A DNA stretch of 64,000 nt from Eledone cirrhosa (GCA_964016885.1 OZ024757.1:36394001-36458000), one strand, 5' to 3'. Positions 1-14,438 are shown, counted from the stretch's first letter. The notes: generated by a model not told the origin, from the letters alone. Numbers and translations: made by a program.

Positions 1-213
1 CAACTGTAACTGTCTTCTCAATCCTGTTGGTGAAGAGCAAGAGGTGGATGACATATGAGAGAACATGATTGATACCATTAACTTTTCAAACCCATTTGAA
101 AATTGATGCTATAATTTAAAGTTAAAGTTAAAATGTACTTTTTCTAACTGAAGGAAATTTTGAAACTTGTCTTATAAACACTAATGAAATTGTTTCATTT
201 ATTTATTTTGTAG

Positions 214-352
214 CCAAAGGCCCTGACTGATGACATGAGGAAAATGGCCATGTATGGTGGACACGAAAAATTCTGTCCTACTGTGGTACCTGCCAACCCT
301 TTTTCTGCCGAGGAAGATGCTAAAGTGTTGCGAAAGGCTATGAAAGGATTCG
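214..352 (+). CDS. ANX: Annexin exon (end of N-terminal region, start of repeat I)
   Basis: ttttgtag|[46 protein letters not shown](G)|gtgggt. Confidence 0.92.
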
Positions 353-3300
353 GTGGGTAGAATGTTAACAGAACCCTTTTGATATTAAACTGACTGACAA
401 CGCCCTTGTTTCTACAATACCAAACTATTTCTTTTAAAGTGTTTATATTTATCTAAAACATTCCATTATAATTATGTTTAAGAACCTTTGTTAAGTTATG
501 TTCCAAGCACTGACTTAATAAGAAAGTTACTTTCAAATTCTTTATTATTTTATTATTTTCAAGATTATTTGAAACACAGAAGCAGTGTCTTTCATTAGAA
601 ATATGGTAATGAAAGGGTTAATGATATAGACAGTGTCTTTCATTAGAAATACTAGCAGATATGATATGTAAATTGAAAATTAAATTGACAATAGCTTCTT
701 CTTCGCCCATTTATTTCTGAGAGGGTCATGGGGGCAGAGTCCTTCTCAAACACTCTTTACAGCAAATCTGTCTGAAACAAACATCTCTAACTAATCCAGC
801 TGGATCCCAAAGCGTGACCAGCCAAGCTCATGGATGTTATCCAACCATCTTGCTCAGGGTTTACCTCCAGGTCCCTTGCCGGTTGGTTTTGCCTGTAAAA
901 TCTGTCCAGCGATTCTTTCCAGAGACATTCTAACCACATGCCCATAATATCGGAGCTGTGATCTCGCAATCTGGAAAAGTAGCGACTCTACCTGGAGTGA
1001 CTCTCTGGTCTCTGAGCTATGCACTCTATCAAGTAACGTTACTCCAAAAATCACAAAATGTGTGGGTGGGTGTGTGTTTGTTTGAATGCATGTATAAAAG
1101 GTAGGAAGGGGATACACGCATATATATGTCTCTAACTTAAAAACAGTGACACACATGTCTCTAATTCAACAACGCCAACAAATTCATGAGTGTGCACATA
1201 CACACACTGTACTATTACCACTTATGAGTTTTGGCCCGGGCAAACATCCCCTCAATTTTAGAACTGTCTGGGTTCTCCAGAATTGATGGACCTGACAGTC
1301 TTACCTGTGCCCCTGGTCAAGAGGCAGGTGCCTTATCGGGGACGTTACAGTTAGTGACTCTTTTGCTTCTTCCCACACCCTGTATGCAGCAGTAAGGGCG
1401 AGAGCTACAGCATCCGCAGCTAAACGGAACAAAATCCTGAAATACTGTGTTCTCTCGGCTAACTACATTTTCCAGCCTGTGGTATTCAAGACGTTTGGGG
1501 GGAGTCGGGCTACTGACAGCAAGGTTCTTATCTTCACTGGCGGCTTGCGAAACAGAGGTAACTGGTGAAGCTTGTGAGGGTGCTTGGCTGTTCCAGCACC
1601 TCAGCCTCGCCATAGAAAGGTTTCCCAGTGCTCCTCACTATATTGTTATCTGGTAGCTGTTCATTTGTCCACTCCTTTCGCCTGCCTTTTGTTGTATGTA
1701 GTCCTAGATGTGTATATTACTTGCTTGTGTGTTTTTTCTCTTCCTTTTTTTCCTTTCTCTTTCCTTTGTATATATTATATTTGTGTGTGTTTTTGTTCTG
1801 TAAGCATTATATTATTATACTTTACCCTCCCATTTCCCCATTTATCGAACGCTATCATGTTGTGTGTGTTCATGTAAATGTATGTGAATGTATACTTTTG
1901 TAAGTTTGTTTGTGTGATATAAATGTATGTATATGCACATACGCACACACATACACATCAGCGTGTTGGAAAACATCCTAATCTTTTCATCTTTCTCTTT
2001 CACTCTTTCTCTCTCTTTATCTATCTGTCTGTATCTCTCTCTTCACACTCTTTCTCTCTCGCTTTGTCTATATATATATGGTAGTTGAAGTGGTGGTGAT
2101 GGCGGCGATATCCCGGAAGTGTTGAAATTTGAAACTTTTAAAAGAAGTGAATCTTGAAATAAGCAATAAAATTATTTATATTTAATCAAGAGTTACAAAA
2201 TTTAGTACATAAATTATGTTATATTTATTCAAAGTAATCCAACTTATTTTACTAATGGGATAAAAAAAATATATTCAGGACACAGTCCCGCACTCCTCCC
2301 TTTGTTATATTATGATAGTAATGGAAGGGTTAAAGACATAGACAGTGTCTCACATTAGAAATATGGTAATGGAAGGGTTAAAGACATAGACAGTGTCTCA
2401 CATTAGAAATATGGTAATGGAAGGGTTAAAGACATAGACAGTGTCTTTCATTAGAAATATGGTAATGGAAGGGTTAAAGACATAGATAGTGTCTTTCATT
2501 AGAAATATGGTAATGGAAGGGTTAAAGACATAGATAGTGGCTTTCATTAGAAATATGGTAATGGAAGGGTTAAAGACATAGATAGTGTCTTTCATTAGAA
2601 ATATGGTAATGGAAGGGTTAAAGACATAGATAGTGGCTTTCATTAGAAATATGGTAATGGAAGGGTTAAAGACATAGATAGTGGCTTTCATTAGAAATAT
2701 GGTAATGGAAGGGTTAAAGACATAGATAGTGTCTCACATTAGAAATATGGTAATGGAAGGGTTAAAGACATAGATAGTGGCTTTCATTAGAAATATGGTA
2801 ATGGAAGGGTTAAAGACATAGATAGTGTCTCACATTAGAAATATGGTAATGGAAGGGTTAAAGACATAGATAGTGTCTTTCATTAGAAATATGGTAATGG
2901 AAGGGTTAAAGACATAGATAGTGGCTTTCATTAGAAATATGGTAATGGAAGGGTTAAAGACATAGATAGTGTCTTTCATTAGAAATATGGTAATGGAAGG
3001 GTTAAAGACATAGATAGTGGCTTTCATTAGAAATATGGTAATGGAAGGGTTAAAGACATAGATAGTGTCTTTCATTAGAAATATGGTAATGGAAGGGTTA
3101 AAGACATAGATAGTGGCTTTCATTAGAAATATGGTAATGGAAGGGTTAAAGACATAGACAGTGTCTCACATTAGAAATATGGTAATGGAAGGGTTAAAGA
3201 CATAGATAGTGTCTTTCATTAGAAATATGGTAATGGAAGGGTTAAAGACATAGATAGTGGCTTTCATTAGAAATATGGTAATGGAAGGGTTAAAGACATA

Positions 3301-6300
3301 GATAGTGTCTCACATTAGAAATATGGTAATGGAAGGGTTAAAGACATAGATAGTGTCTTTCATTAGAAATATGGTAATGGAAGGGTTAAAGACATAGATA
3401 GTGGCTTTCATTAGAAATATGGTAATGAAAGGGTTAATGACATAGACAGTGTCTCACATTAGAAATATGGTAATGGAAGGGTTAAAGACATAGACAGTGT
3501 CTCACATTAGAAATATGGTAATGGAAGGGTTAAAGACATAGACAGTGTCTCACATTAGAAATATGGTAATGAAAGGGTTAAAGACATAGACAGTGTCTTT
3601 CATTAGAAATATGGTAATGGAAGGGTTAAAGACATAGATAGTGGCTTTCATTAGAAATATGGTAATGGAAGGGTTAAAGACATAGACAGTGTCTCACATT
3701 AGAAATATGGTAATGAAAGGGTTAAAGACATAGACAGTGTCTTTCATTAGAAATATGGTAATGGAAGGGTTAAAGACATAGATAGTGGCTTTCATTAGAA
3801 ATATGGTAATGGAAGGGTTAAAGACATAGACAGTGTCTCACATTAGAAATATGGTAATGAAAGGGTTAATGACATAGACAGTGTCTCACATTAGAAATAT
3901 GGTAATGGAAGGGTTAAAGACATAGACAGTGTCTCACATTAGAAATATGGTAATGGAAGGGTTAAAGACATAGACAGTGTCTCACATTAGAAATATGGTA
4001 ATGGAAGGGTTAAAGACATAGACAGTGTCTCACATTAGAAATATGGTAATGGAAGGGTTAAAGACATAGACAGTGTCTCACATTAGAAATATGGTAATGA
4101 AAGGGTTAAAGACATAGACAGTGTCTTTCATTAGAAATATGGTAATGGAAGGGTTAAAGACATAGACAGTGTCTCAGATTAGAAATATGGTAATGGAAGG
4201 GTTAAAGACATAGACAGTGTCTCACATTAGAAATATGGTAATGAAAGGGTTAAAGACATAGACAGTGTCTCACATTAGAAATATGGTAATGAAAGGGTTA
4301 ATGACATAGACAGTGTCTTACATTAGAAATATGGTAATGGAAGGGTTAAAGACATAGACAGTGTCTCACATTAGAAATATGGTAATGAAAGGGTTAATGA
4401 CATAGACAGTGTCTTTCATTAGAAATATGGTAATGGAAGGGTTATAGACATAGACAGTGTCTTTCATTAGAAATATGGTAATGAAAGGGTTAATGACATA
4501 GACAGTGTCTCACATTAGAAATATGGTAATGGAAGGGTTAAAGACATAGACAGTGTCTTTCATTAGAAATATGGTAATGAAAGGGTTAATGACATAGACA
4601 GTGTCTCACATTAGAAATATGGTAATGAAAGGATTAATGACATAGACAATGTCTCACATTAGAAATATGGTAATGGAAGGGTTAAAGACATAGACAGTGT
4701 CTTTCATTAGAAATATGGTAATGAAAGGGTTAATGACATAGGTAGTGTCTTTCATTAGAAATATGGTAATGAAAGGGTTAAAGACATAGACAGTGTCTCA
4801 CATTAGAAATATGGTAATGAAAGGAATAATGACATAGACAGTGTCTCACATTAGAAATATGGTAATGAAAGGGTTAATGACATAGACAGTGTCTCACATT
4901 AGAAATATGGTAATGAAAGGGTTAATGACATAGACAGTGTCTCACATTAGAAATATGGTAATGAAAGGGTTAAAGACATAGACAGTGTCTCACATTAGAA
5001 ATATGGTAATGGAAGGGTTAAAGACATAGACAGTGTCTTTCATTAGAAATATGGTAATGAAAGGGTTAATGACATAGACAGTGTCTCACATTAGAAATAT
5101 GGTAATGAAAGGGTTAATGACATAGACAGTATCTTTCATTAGAAATATGGTAATGAAAGGGTTAAAGACATAGACAGTGTCTTTCATTAGAAATATGGTA
5201 ATGACATAGACAGTATCTTTCATTAGAAATATGGTAATGAAAGGGTTAATGACATAGACAGTGTCTCACATTAGAAATATGGTAATGGAAGTGTTAAAGA
5301 CATAGACAGTGTCTCACATTAGAAATATGGTAATGGAAGTGTTAAAGACATAGATAGTGGCTTTCATTAGAAATATGGTAATGAAAGGGTTAATGACATA
5401 GATAGTGTCTTTCATTAGAAATATGGTAATGAAAGGGTTAATGACATAGATAGTGTCTTTCATTAGAAATATGGTAATGAAAGGGTTAATGACATAGATA
5501 GTGGCTTTCATTAGAAATATGGTAATGAAAGGGTTAATGACATAGATAGTGTCTTTCATTAGAAATATGGTAATGAAAGGGTTAATGACATAGATAGTGG
5601 CTTTCATTAGAAATATGGTAATGGAAGGGTTAATGACATAGACAGTGTCTTTCATTAGAAATATGGTAATGAAAGGGTTAATGACATAGATAGTGTCTTT
5701 CATTAGAAATATGGTAATGAAAGGGTTAATGACATAGATAGTGGCTTTCATTAGAAATATGGTAATGGAAGGGTTAATGACATAGACAGTGTCTTTCATT
5801 AGAAATATGGTAATGAAAGGGTTAATGACATAGATAGTATCTTTCATTAGAAATATGGTAATGGAAGGGTTAATGACATAGACAGTGTCTTTCATTAGAA
5901 ATATGGTAATGAAAGGGTTAATGACATAGATAGTGTCTTTTATTAGAAATATGGTAATGGAAGGGTTAATGACATAGACAGTGTCTCACATTAGAAATAT
6001 GGTAATGGAAGGGTTAAAGACATAGACAGTGTCTTTCATTAGAAATATGGTAATGAAAGGGTTAATGACATAGACAGTGTCTCACATTAGAAATATGGTA
6101 ATGAAAGGATTAATGACAGACAATGTCTCACATTAGAAATATGGTAATGGAAGGGTTAAAGACATAGACAGTGTCTTTCATTAGAAATATGGTAATGAAA
6201 GGGTTAATGACATAGGTAGTGTCTTTCATTAGAAATATGGTAATGAAAGGGTTAAAGACATAGACAGTGTCTCACATTAGAAATATGGTAATGAAAGGAA

Positions 6301-9300
6301 TAATGACATAGACAGTGTCTCACATTAGAAATATGGTAATGAAAGGGTTAATGACATAGACAGTGTCTCACATTAGAAATATGGTAATGAAAGGGTTAAT
6401 GACATAGACAGTGTCTCACATTAGAAATATGGTAATGAAAGGGTTAAAGACATAGACAGTGTCTCACATTAGAAATATGGTAATGGAAGGGTTAAAGACA
6501 TAGACAGTGTCTTTCATTAGAAATATGGTAATGAAAGGGTTAATGACATAGACAGTGTCTCACATTAGAAATATGGTAATGAAAGGGTTAATGACATAGA
6601 CAGTATCTTTCATTAGAAATATGGTAATGAAAGGGTTAAAGACATAGACAGTGTCTTTCATTAGAAATATGGTAATGACATAGACAGTATCTTTCATTAG
6701 AAATATGGTAATGAAAGGGTTAATGACATAGACAGTGTCTCACATTAGAAATATGGTAATGGAAGTGTTAAAGACATAGACAGTGTCTCACATTAGAAAT
6801 ATGGTAATGGAAGTGTTAAAGACATAGATAGTGGCTTTCATTAGAAATATGGTAATGAAAGGGTTAATGACATAGATAGTGTCTTTCATTAGAAATATGG
6901 TAATGAAAGGGTTAATGACATAGATAGTGTCTTTCATTAGAAATATGGTAATGAAAGGGTTAATGACATAGATAGTGGCTTTCATTAGAAATATGGTAAT
7001 GAAAGGGTTAATGACATAGATAGTGTCTTTCATTAGAAATATGGTAATGAAAGGGTTAATGACATAGATAGTGGCTTTCATTAGAAATATGGTAATGGAA
7101 GGGTTAATGACATAGACAGTGTCTTTCATTAGAAATATGGTAATGAAAGGGTTAATGACATAGATAGTGTCTTTCATTAGAAATATGGTAATGAAAGGGT
7201 TAATGACATAGATAGTGGCTTTCATTAGAAATATGGTAATGGAAGGGTTAATGACATAGACAGTGTCTTTCATTAGAAATATGGTAATGAAAGGGTTAAT
7301 GACATAGATAGTATCTTTCATTAGAAATATGGTAATGGAAGGGTTAATGACATAGACAGTGTCTTTCATTAGAAATATGGTAATGAAAGGGTTAATGACA
7401 TAGATAGTGTCTTTTATTAGAAATATGGTAATGGAAGGGTTAATGACATAGACAGTGTCTTTCATTAGAAATATGGTAATGAAAGAGTTAATGACAGAGG
7501 CATTGATGATGATATTTCTACTCTGTTTCAGGTACTGATGAGTCAGCAATAATATTTGTGATAAGCAAAAGAAGCAACAGTCAAAGGCAGCAAATTGCTC
7601 AGATGTTTAAGACTATGTATGGAAAGGTAAGAAACATTTCTTGTCGCGTCTTAAACCTTTCATTACTTCTGCCTGCTACAGGTACCATCTTGCTTCATGG
7701 TCAAATAGTTGGCAACTAAACCAGCTCTCCATCAGACCCTAGTCTGCTGAGGAGGGTCAGTGGAACCCCAGCAACACAAAAAATGAGTTGTTAAAATGGC
7801 GTATGAACTCCCCAGAGTCAAGGGCCATCCACTCCAACAATGAGTTAAATAGCCTCACCAACCCACAATTGGCCAAGTGTGGTAGGTATATTCCTGAAGA
7901 CATGACCAAAACTAAACAGAAAGCAGTGGATGTCAACCAGGAAGGAGTTCATCCAACAGGAGTGAGAAATCCCTGTATTCGATTGGAATGGATAATGAAA
8001 GACGTTATGATTTTCAAATCATTTTGAAAATAAAGAATTTGTAGAAATTTAGTTATTCATTATTAACCCTTTAATGTTCAAACCGGCCAAAACCGGCCAG
8101 AATTCTCTACCTTATTCTGTTGAAACTGGCTGTAACTGGTCACTTAAACTGATGTTAAGGTATTGTTCTCAAAATAAATACTTTCAAAATATCATAGATT
8201 TGATATTATGTGAGATAATTATGCGAGGTAAAGCCTTTACCATGAAAATATAATAGTATATATAGAGTAATGTGAATGTTATGTGAGGTAAAGCCTTTAC
8301 CATGAAAATATAATAGTATATATAGAGTAATGTGAATGTTATGTGAGGTAAAGCCTTTACCATGAAAATATAATAGTATATATAGAGTAATGTGAATGTT
8401 ATGTGAGGTAAAGCCTTTACCATGAAAATATAATAGTATATATAGAGTAATGTGAAGGCTAAAGGGTTAAAGTTCTTACATAAAATTATAATGGAAGGTT
8501 TTTAGATAAATATAGACACTTTAACCATTTCATAATTATATTTATGCCATGGAGTTGTGCCTGGTAGATAGAATCAGTAATGGAAAGACTAATGGAAACA
8601 TTGTTTCCTTCTTCTGATTTGACAAGTTCCACCCTGCATAGTAAGTGAGGTCTGGGATCTTGTCAATTGATTAAGGAAAAAAAAGAAGAAAAAATTATAT
8701 TTCTAATGAAAAACATTCTATTACGTGTTCCAGCCAACAGCCGAGGTTATGCTGGAGCACCGCCATTGCCTGTGATTTTCAAATGATTTAAAAAGTAATC
8801 AAAAATTTGGAAGCATTTGGTAATAAACTTTACTCATTATTAAGTTGATGGTGCGTTGTGTTGGCAGTATCGGTAGAGGGTCGGATATGCTTTCCAGCAT
8901 AGTTACGTCCCTTTACGGTCTGAGTTCAAATCTCGCCAAGGTTGACTTTGCCTTTCATCCTTACGGGGTCGATAAAATAAAGTACCAATAATGGACTGGG
9001 TAATTGCTGGCCTTGTGCCAAAAAGTAGAAACAATTATTAAGTTGATGTTGGGAACATAACAAAGATTCTTACATAAAATTATGATGGAAGGGATTTAGA
9101 AAAATATTCAATCTAGGGCCTTCTCACTCCTGTTGGCGGAACTCCTGCCTAGTTGACCTCTACACTTTCTGTTTGATTTTGGTCATGTCAGGGTTGTAGC
9201 CGTACTCACCACGTTTGGCCAATTGTAGGTTTGTGAGGCTATTTAACTCTGAGGAGTTTGGTCTGCCCTTTTAACAGCTTTTGTTTTTTTGTGATCCTGG

Positions 9301-12300
9301 GGTTCCACTGCCCCTTCTCATTTGACCAGTGTCTGGTGAGGGAGCTGATTTAGTCACTGTCACTCGACCATACCTCAAGTTGTACTGGGTTACATGGTAC
9401 CAGTAGCAGAACGCTGACCTGACCAGCAGAAAAAATGTAAACACCTTTCAAATATTCTGTTTTGTATAATAAAGCCAATGGCAATATTAAAGGGAAAATT
9501 TAGGGCAGGAATTTCTCTAAATGTAACACCTATAACCTAATTGTCTTCAGTTATTCATTTGGCAAGAATTAAAAGATCTCAATTTTTTTTTTTTTTTAGG
9601 ATTTGATTCAGGACCTGAAGTCTGAATTAGGTGGAAACTTTGAGAACACTGTTTTAGCCATGTTTAAGACCCCAGCTTATTTAGATGCTTGGTCCATACA
9701 CGAAGCTATTTCGGTAAGTTGGTAGTTCCTATATAAAGCTATTTTGGTAAGTTGAGGAAGATGCAAGAATTACGCACTTTTTTTTGAATGGTGAGTGTAT
9801 AGTTTTGATGATGGTATGTGGTGCCACTGTTTGTGAGTCCCTTCTTCCATGCTTGTATGGATTCAATGAAATCTGGAGCATTAAGCAACTGATAGTACAA
9901 GGTTTTCCCCTGGATAGGACACCAGTCTGTTGTAGAATTAAATTCCAACTGTAGCTGCTGCTTTTGGTATTTTTTTCGGCTGAGTGAAGATCTGCCTTCC
10001 CATGTGCATCGGTTGAAGCATACATCTAGTATGCACCACTTTCTATACCTTCCCCTCCCCCTTCCAAACACACTCCACGTCCCTTCACACCAATCATCAC
10101 CAGATAATTGCCCGACCATAGATTTACCTCCCCTAAACCCAGGCCACACGGTAAATGTGGTTGGTGATAGGAAGGGCATTGAGCCGTAGAATCTAAGCCA
10201 GAAACAGTTCTGTATGAGCAAGACACAGTCACCTAACCTGACTTGACTCACAACAGGATTACTCGTCTAACTCATGTTAGCATGGAAAAATGGACGTTAA
10301 ATGGTGATGAACTGAAGCAAAATGGAAGGAGGTACTTGGCTCAAGGACATAACATGCTGCTCATTTAGGAAATTAAAACCACAACTTTATGATCATAAAC
10401 CCAACGCCACTGGCTACCATCACAATATTTAAACTTAACATTTTGACATATTCAAACCTGATATAGTGTGGTTGTTATTGTCGATGTTGTTGTATTGACA
10501 GGGTATTGGCACCAAGGAATCTGTCTTAGTTGAAATTCTGTGTACAAGAACCAATGCTGAGATTCGCGAAATTCAGGAAATTTATAAAAACAGTAAGATT
10601 TCTTCATTCCTTACTCATCTATATGTTTATATATTTTGGTTTGCAGTGAGATGGACATTCAATATTGTGTGTATCTAGTTCAGAATATTTCTGGGTGCTG
10701 TAAGAAGAGACGAAAAGGATGTGTATCCAGTTTACAATTCGTACACTGTATCCCTGTGTATATCTGTTTTACAATAGGTACACTGTATCCCTGTGTATAT
10801 CTGTTTTACAATAGGTACACTGTATCCCTGTGTGTATCCAGTTTACAATTCGTACACTGTATCCCTGTGTATATCTAGTTTACAATAGGTACACTATATC
10901 TCTGTGTATATCTGGTTTACAATAGGTACACTATATCCCTGTGTATATCTAGTTTACAATAGGGACACTGTATCCCTGTGTATATCTAGTTTACAATAGG
11001 TACACTGTATCCCAGTGTGTATCTGGTTTACAATAGGTACACTGTATCCCTGTGTATATCTGGTTTACAATAGGTACACTGTATCCCAGTGTGTATCTAG
11101 TTTACAATAGGAACACTGTATCCCTGTGTATATCTAGTTTACAATAGGTACACTATATCTCTGTGTATATCTAGTTTACAATAGGTACACTGTATCCCTG
11201 TGTATATCTGGTTTACAATAGGTACACTATATCCCTGTGTATATCTAGTTTACAATAGGTACACTGTATCTCTGTGTATATCTAGTTTACAATAGGTACA
11301 CTATATCTCTGTGTAAATCTGGTTTACAATAGGTACACTATATCCCTGTGTATATCTAGTTTACAATAGGTACACTATATCTCTGTGTATATCTAGTTTA
11401 CAATAGGTACACTGTATCTCTGTGTATATCTAGTTTACAATAGGTACACTATATCTCTGTGTATATCTGGTTTACAATAGGTACACTATATCCCTGTGTA
11501 TATCTAGTTTACAATAGGTACACTATATCTCTGTGTATATCTAGTTTACAATAGGTACACTGTATCTCTGTGTATATCTAGTTTACAATAGGTACACTAT
11601 ATCCCTGTGTATATCTAGTTTACAATAGGTACACTATATCTCTGTGTATATCTGGTTTACAATAGGTACACTATATCCCTGTGTATATCTGGTTTACAAT
11701 AGGTACACTGTATCTCTGTGTATTTCTGGTTTACAATAGGTACACTGTATCTCTGTGTATATCTAGTTTACAATAGGTACACTATATCTCTGTGTATATC
11801 TGGTTTACAATAGGTACACTTATCCCTGTGTATATCTAGTTTACAATAGGTACACTGTATCCCTGTGTATTTCTGGTTTACAATGTATATCTAGTTTACA
11901 ATAGGTACACTGTATCCCTGTGTATATCTGGTTTACAATTGGTACACTGTATCTCTGTATATCTAGTTTACAATTGGTACACTGTATCTCTGTATATCTA
12001 GTTTACAATAGGTATACTGTATCCCTGTGTATATCTGGTTTACAATAGGTACACTATATCCCTGTGTATATCTAGTTTACAATAGGTACACTGTATCCCT
12101 GTGTGTATCTAGTTTATAATAGGTACTCTGTATACTTCTGTATATCTGGTTTATAATATCCTTGTGTGTATCTGGTTTACAATAGCTTCACCATATCCTT
12201 ATACGTTGGAACAATTGTTTAAAAAGTCTGGTGTCTGGAAAGGCAGTTGGCTGTAAAACATTGCCTTGAAAATTGCTGTCCTACCCATGCCAATATGAAA

Positions 12301-14220
12301 AAGTTAACATAAAAATGATGATGGTGGAAGCGACAATGGTGAAGAATCCTTTATAATGGTTGGCAATGTTTTACACAACCAGAGACAATTTTAGGTGTAT
12401 AGCTATCAAAATGGTTTAATCATGCCTGACAGAACTTTATGTAAATTTACAATTTGTGTGTGGAATAATTATTGTATATGTCTGAGAAATGGGCTAAAAA
12501 TCCAAACCCCATTTATAAGCCAATTAACACATGTTTAGTTGGCCAATATAAACCAACCTCCTATTTTACCATAGATTTTTTGCTCACATATTCCTCGGCT
12601 TATATTCAAGTATATACCGTATATTAATTTATTCTGATTTCTTACCTGTTGAATTCTTTCACAGCATTTCGCCGAAATCTGGAAAAGGATATTATATCTG
12701 ACACAAGTGGATATTTTAAACGTTTGCTTGTTTCCTGTTGTCAGGTAATTATAAACACTTTAACTCTTCCAACTCCATATAAACACTTTAACACTGTTAC
12801 ACCACATCTGTTACACCACATCTGTTACACCACAACTGTTACATCACAACTGTTACATCACAACTGTTACACCACATATGTTACACCACAACTGTTACAT
12901 CACAACTGTTACATCACAACTGTTTCACCACAACTGTTACACCACATCTGTTACACCACATATGTTACACCACAACTGTTACACCACAACTGTTACATCA
13001 CAACTGTTTCACCACAACTGTTACACCACATCTGTTACACCACATATGTTGCATCATATCTGTTACATCACATATGTTGCATCACATTTTACACCACATC
13101 TTTTACACCACATCTTTTACACCACATCTTTTACACCACATCTGTTGCACCACATCTGTTACACCACAACTGTTACACCACATCTATTACACGTGTTGCA
13201 TCACATGTGTTACACCACATCTTTTGCATCACACGTTACACCACAACTGTTACACCACATCTGTTGCATCACACGTTACACCACAACTGTTACACCACAT
13301 CTGTTGCATCACATGTTACACCGCAACTGTTACATCATGTGTTACTCCACATCTGTTGCATCACATGTGTTACACCTCATCTGTTTACAACACATCTGTT
13401 ACACCACAACTATTACATGTGAACACAATTGTTACATGTGACTACATGGGTATTTTGTTTTTTCAGGCAAATCGTAATGAATTGACCCACGATGAGATGC
13501 AGCGTGTTGCTACTCAGGGACCAAACAGTATTGTTAATCGACAATTAGCTCAGGAAGATGCAAGGAGGCTGTACGAAGCTGGAGAGAAGAAACTGGGAAC
13601 CGATGAATCGACTATGATCTCCATTCTTGCCATTCGTAATTACTACCAGATGCAAGCTACATTTGAGGAATATGCCAGAGTAAGTCGTTGCCATTAATGT
13701 TAAGCTACATTTGAGGAATATGCCAGAGTAAGTCGTTGCCATTAATGTTAAGCTACATTTGAGGAATATGCCAGAGTAAGTCGTTGCCATTAATGTTAAG
13801 CTACATTTGAGGAATATGCCAGAGTAAGTCGTTGCCATTAATGTCAAGCTACATTTGAGGAATATGCCAGAGTAAGTCGTTGCCATTAATGTCAAGCTAC
13901 ATTTGAGGAATATGCCAGAGTAAGTCGTTGCCATTAATGTCAAGCTACATTTGAGGAATATGCCAGAGTAAGTCGTTGCCATTAATGTCAAGCTACATTT
14001 GAGGAATATGCCAGAGTAAGTCGTTGCCATTAATGTCAAGCTACATTTGAGGACTATGCCAGAGTAAGTCGTTGCCATTAATGTTTTTGTGGATCCTCAG
14101 TTAGAGCTGTTCAAGTTAATCTTTACTACTATAGAGTTAACTAAACAATACTCCCTTCCAGAGACATTCTGATTACAATATATTTGGAAGTCTGTTTACC
14201 TTGAACTTTACCATCATATT

Positions 14221-14316
<96 letters not shown>

Positions 14317-14347
14317 TTCTCTCTCTCTCTCTCTTTCTCTCTTTCTC

Positions 14348-14438
<91 letters not shown>

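Larger units (their letters stand above)
7680..9430. repeat. Two inverted, diverged copies of a ~300-bp interspersed repeat (~7680-7975 +, ~9115-9430 -); further fragment ~52915-53030
   Basis: e.g. ggaagga-gttcatccaacaggagtgagaaatccct versus the reverse complement of agggccttctcactcctgttggcggaactcctgcc. Confidence 0.7.

Noticed and set aside
2316-7549. CRISPR-like appearance and repeated 16-aa ORFs ([16 protein letters not shown])
   Set aside because: Head-to-tail units with no unique spacers, no cas genes, eukaryotic intron; ORFs arise because 48 is divisible by 3
12649-13697. His/Thr-rich ORFs of 187-257 aa
   Set aside because: Read-through of annexin exons into a 14-bp intronic minisatellite; only 12665-12744 and 13467-13679 are coding
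13545-14078. Minus-strand 177-aa repeat ORF
   Set aside because: Antisense translation of the 48-bp donor array
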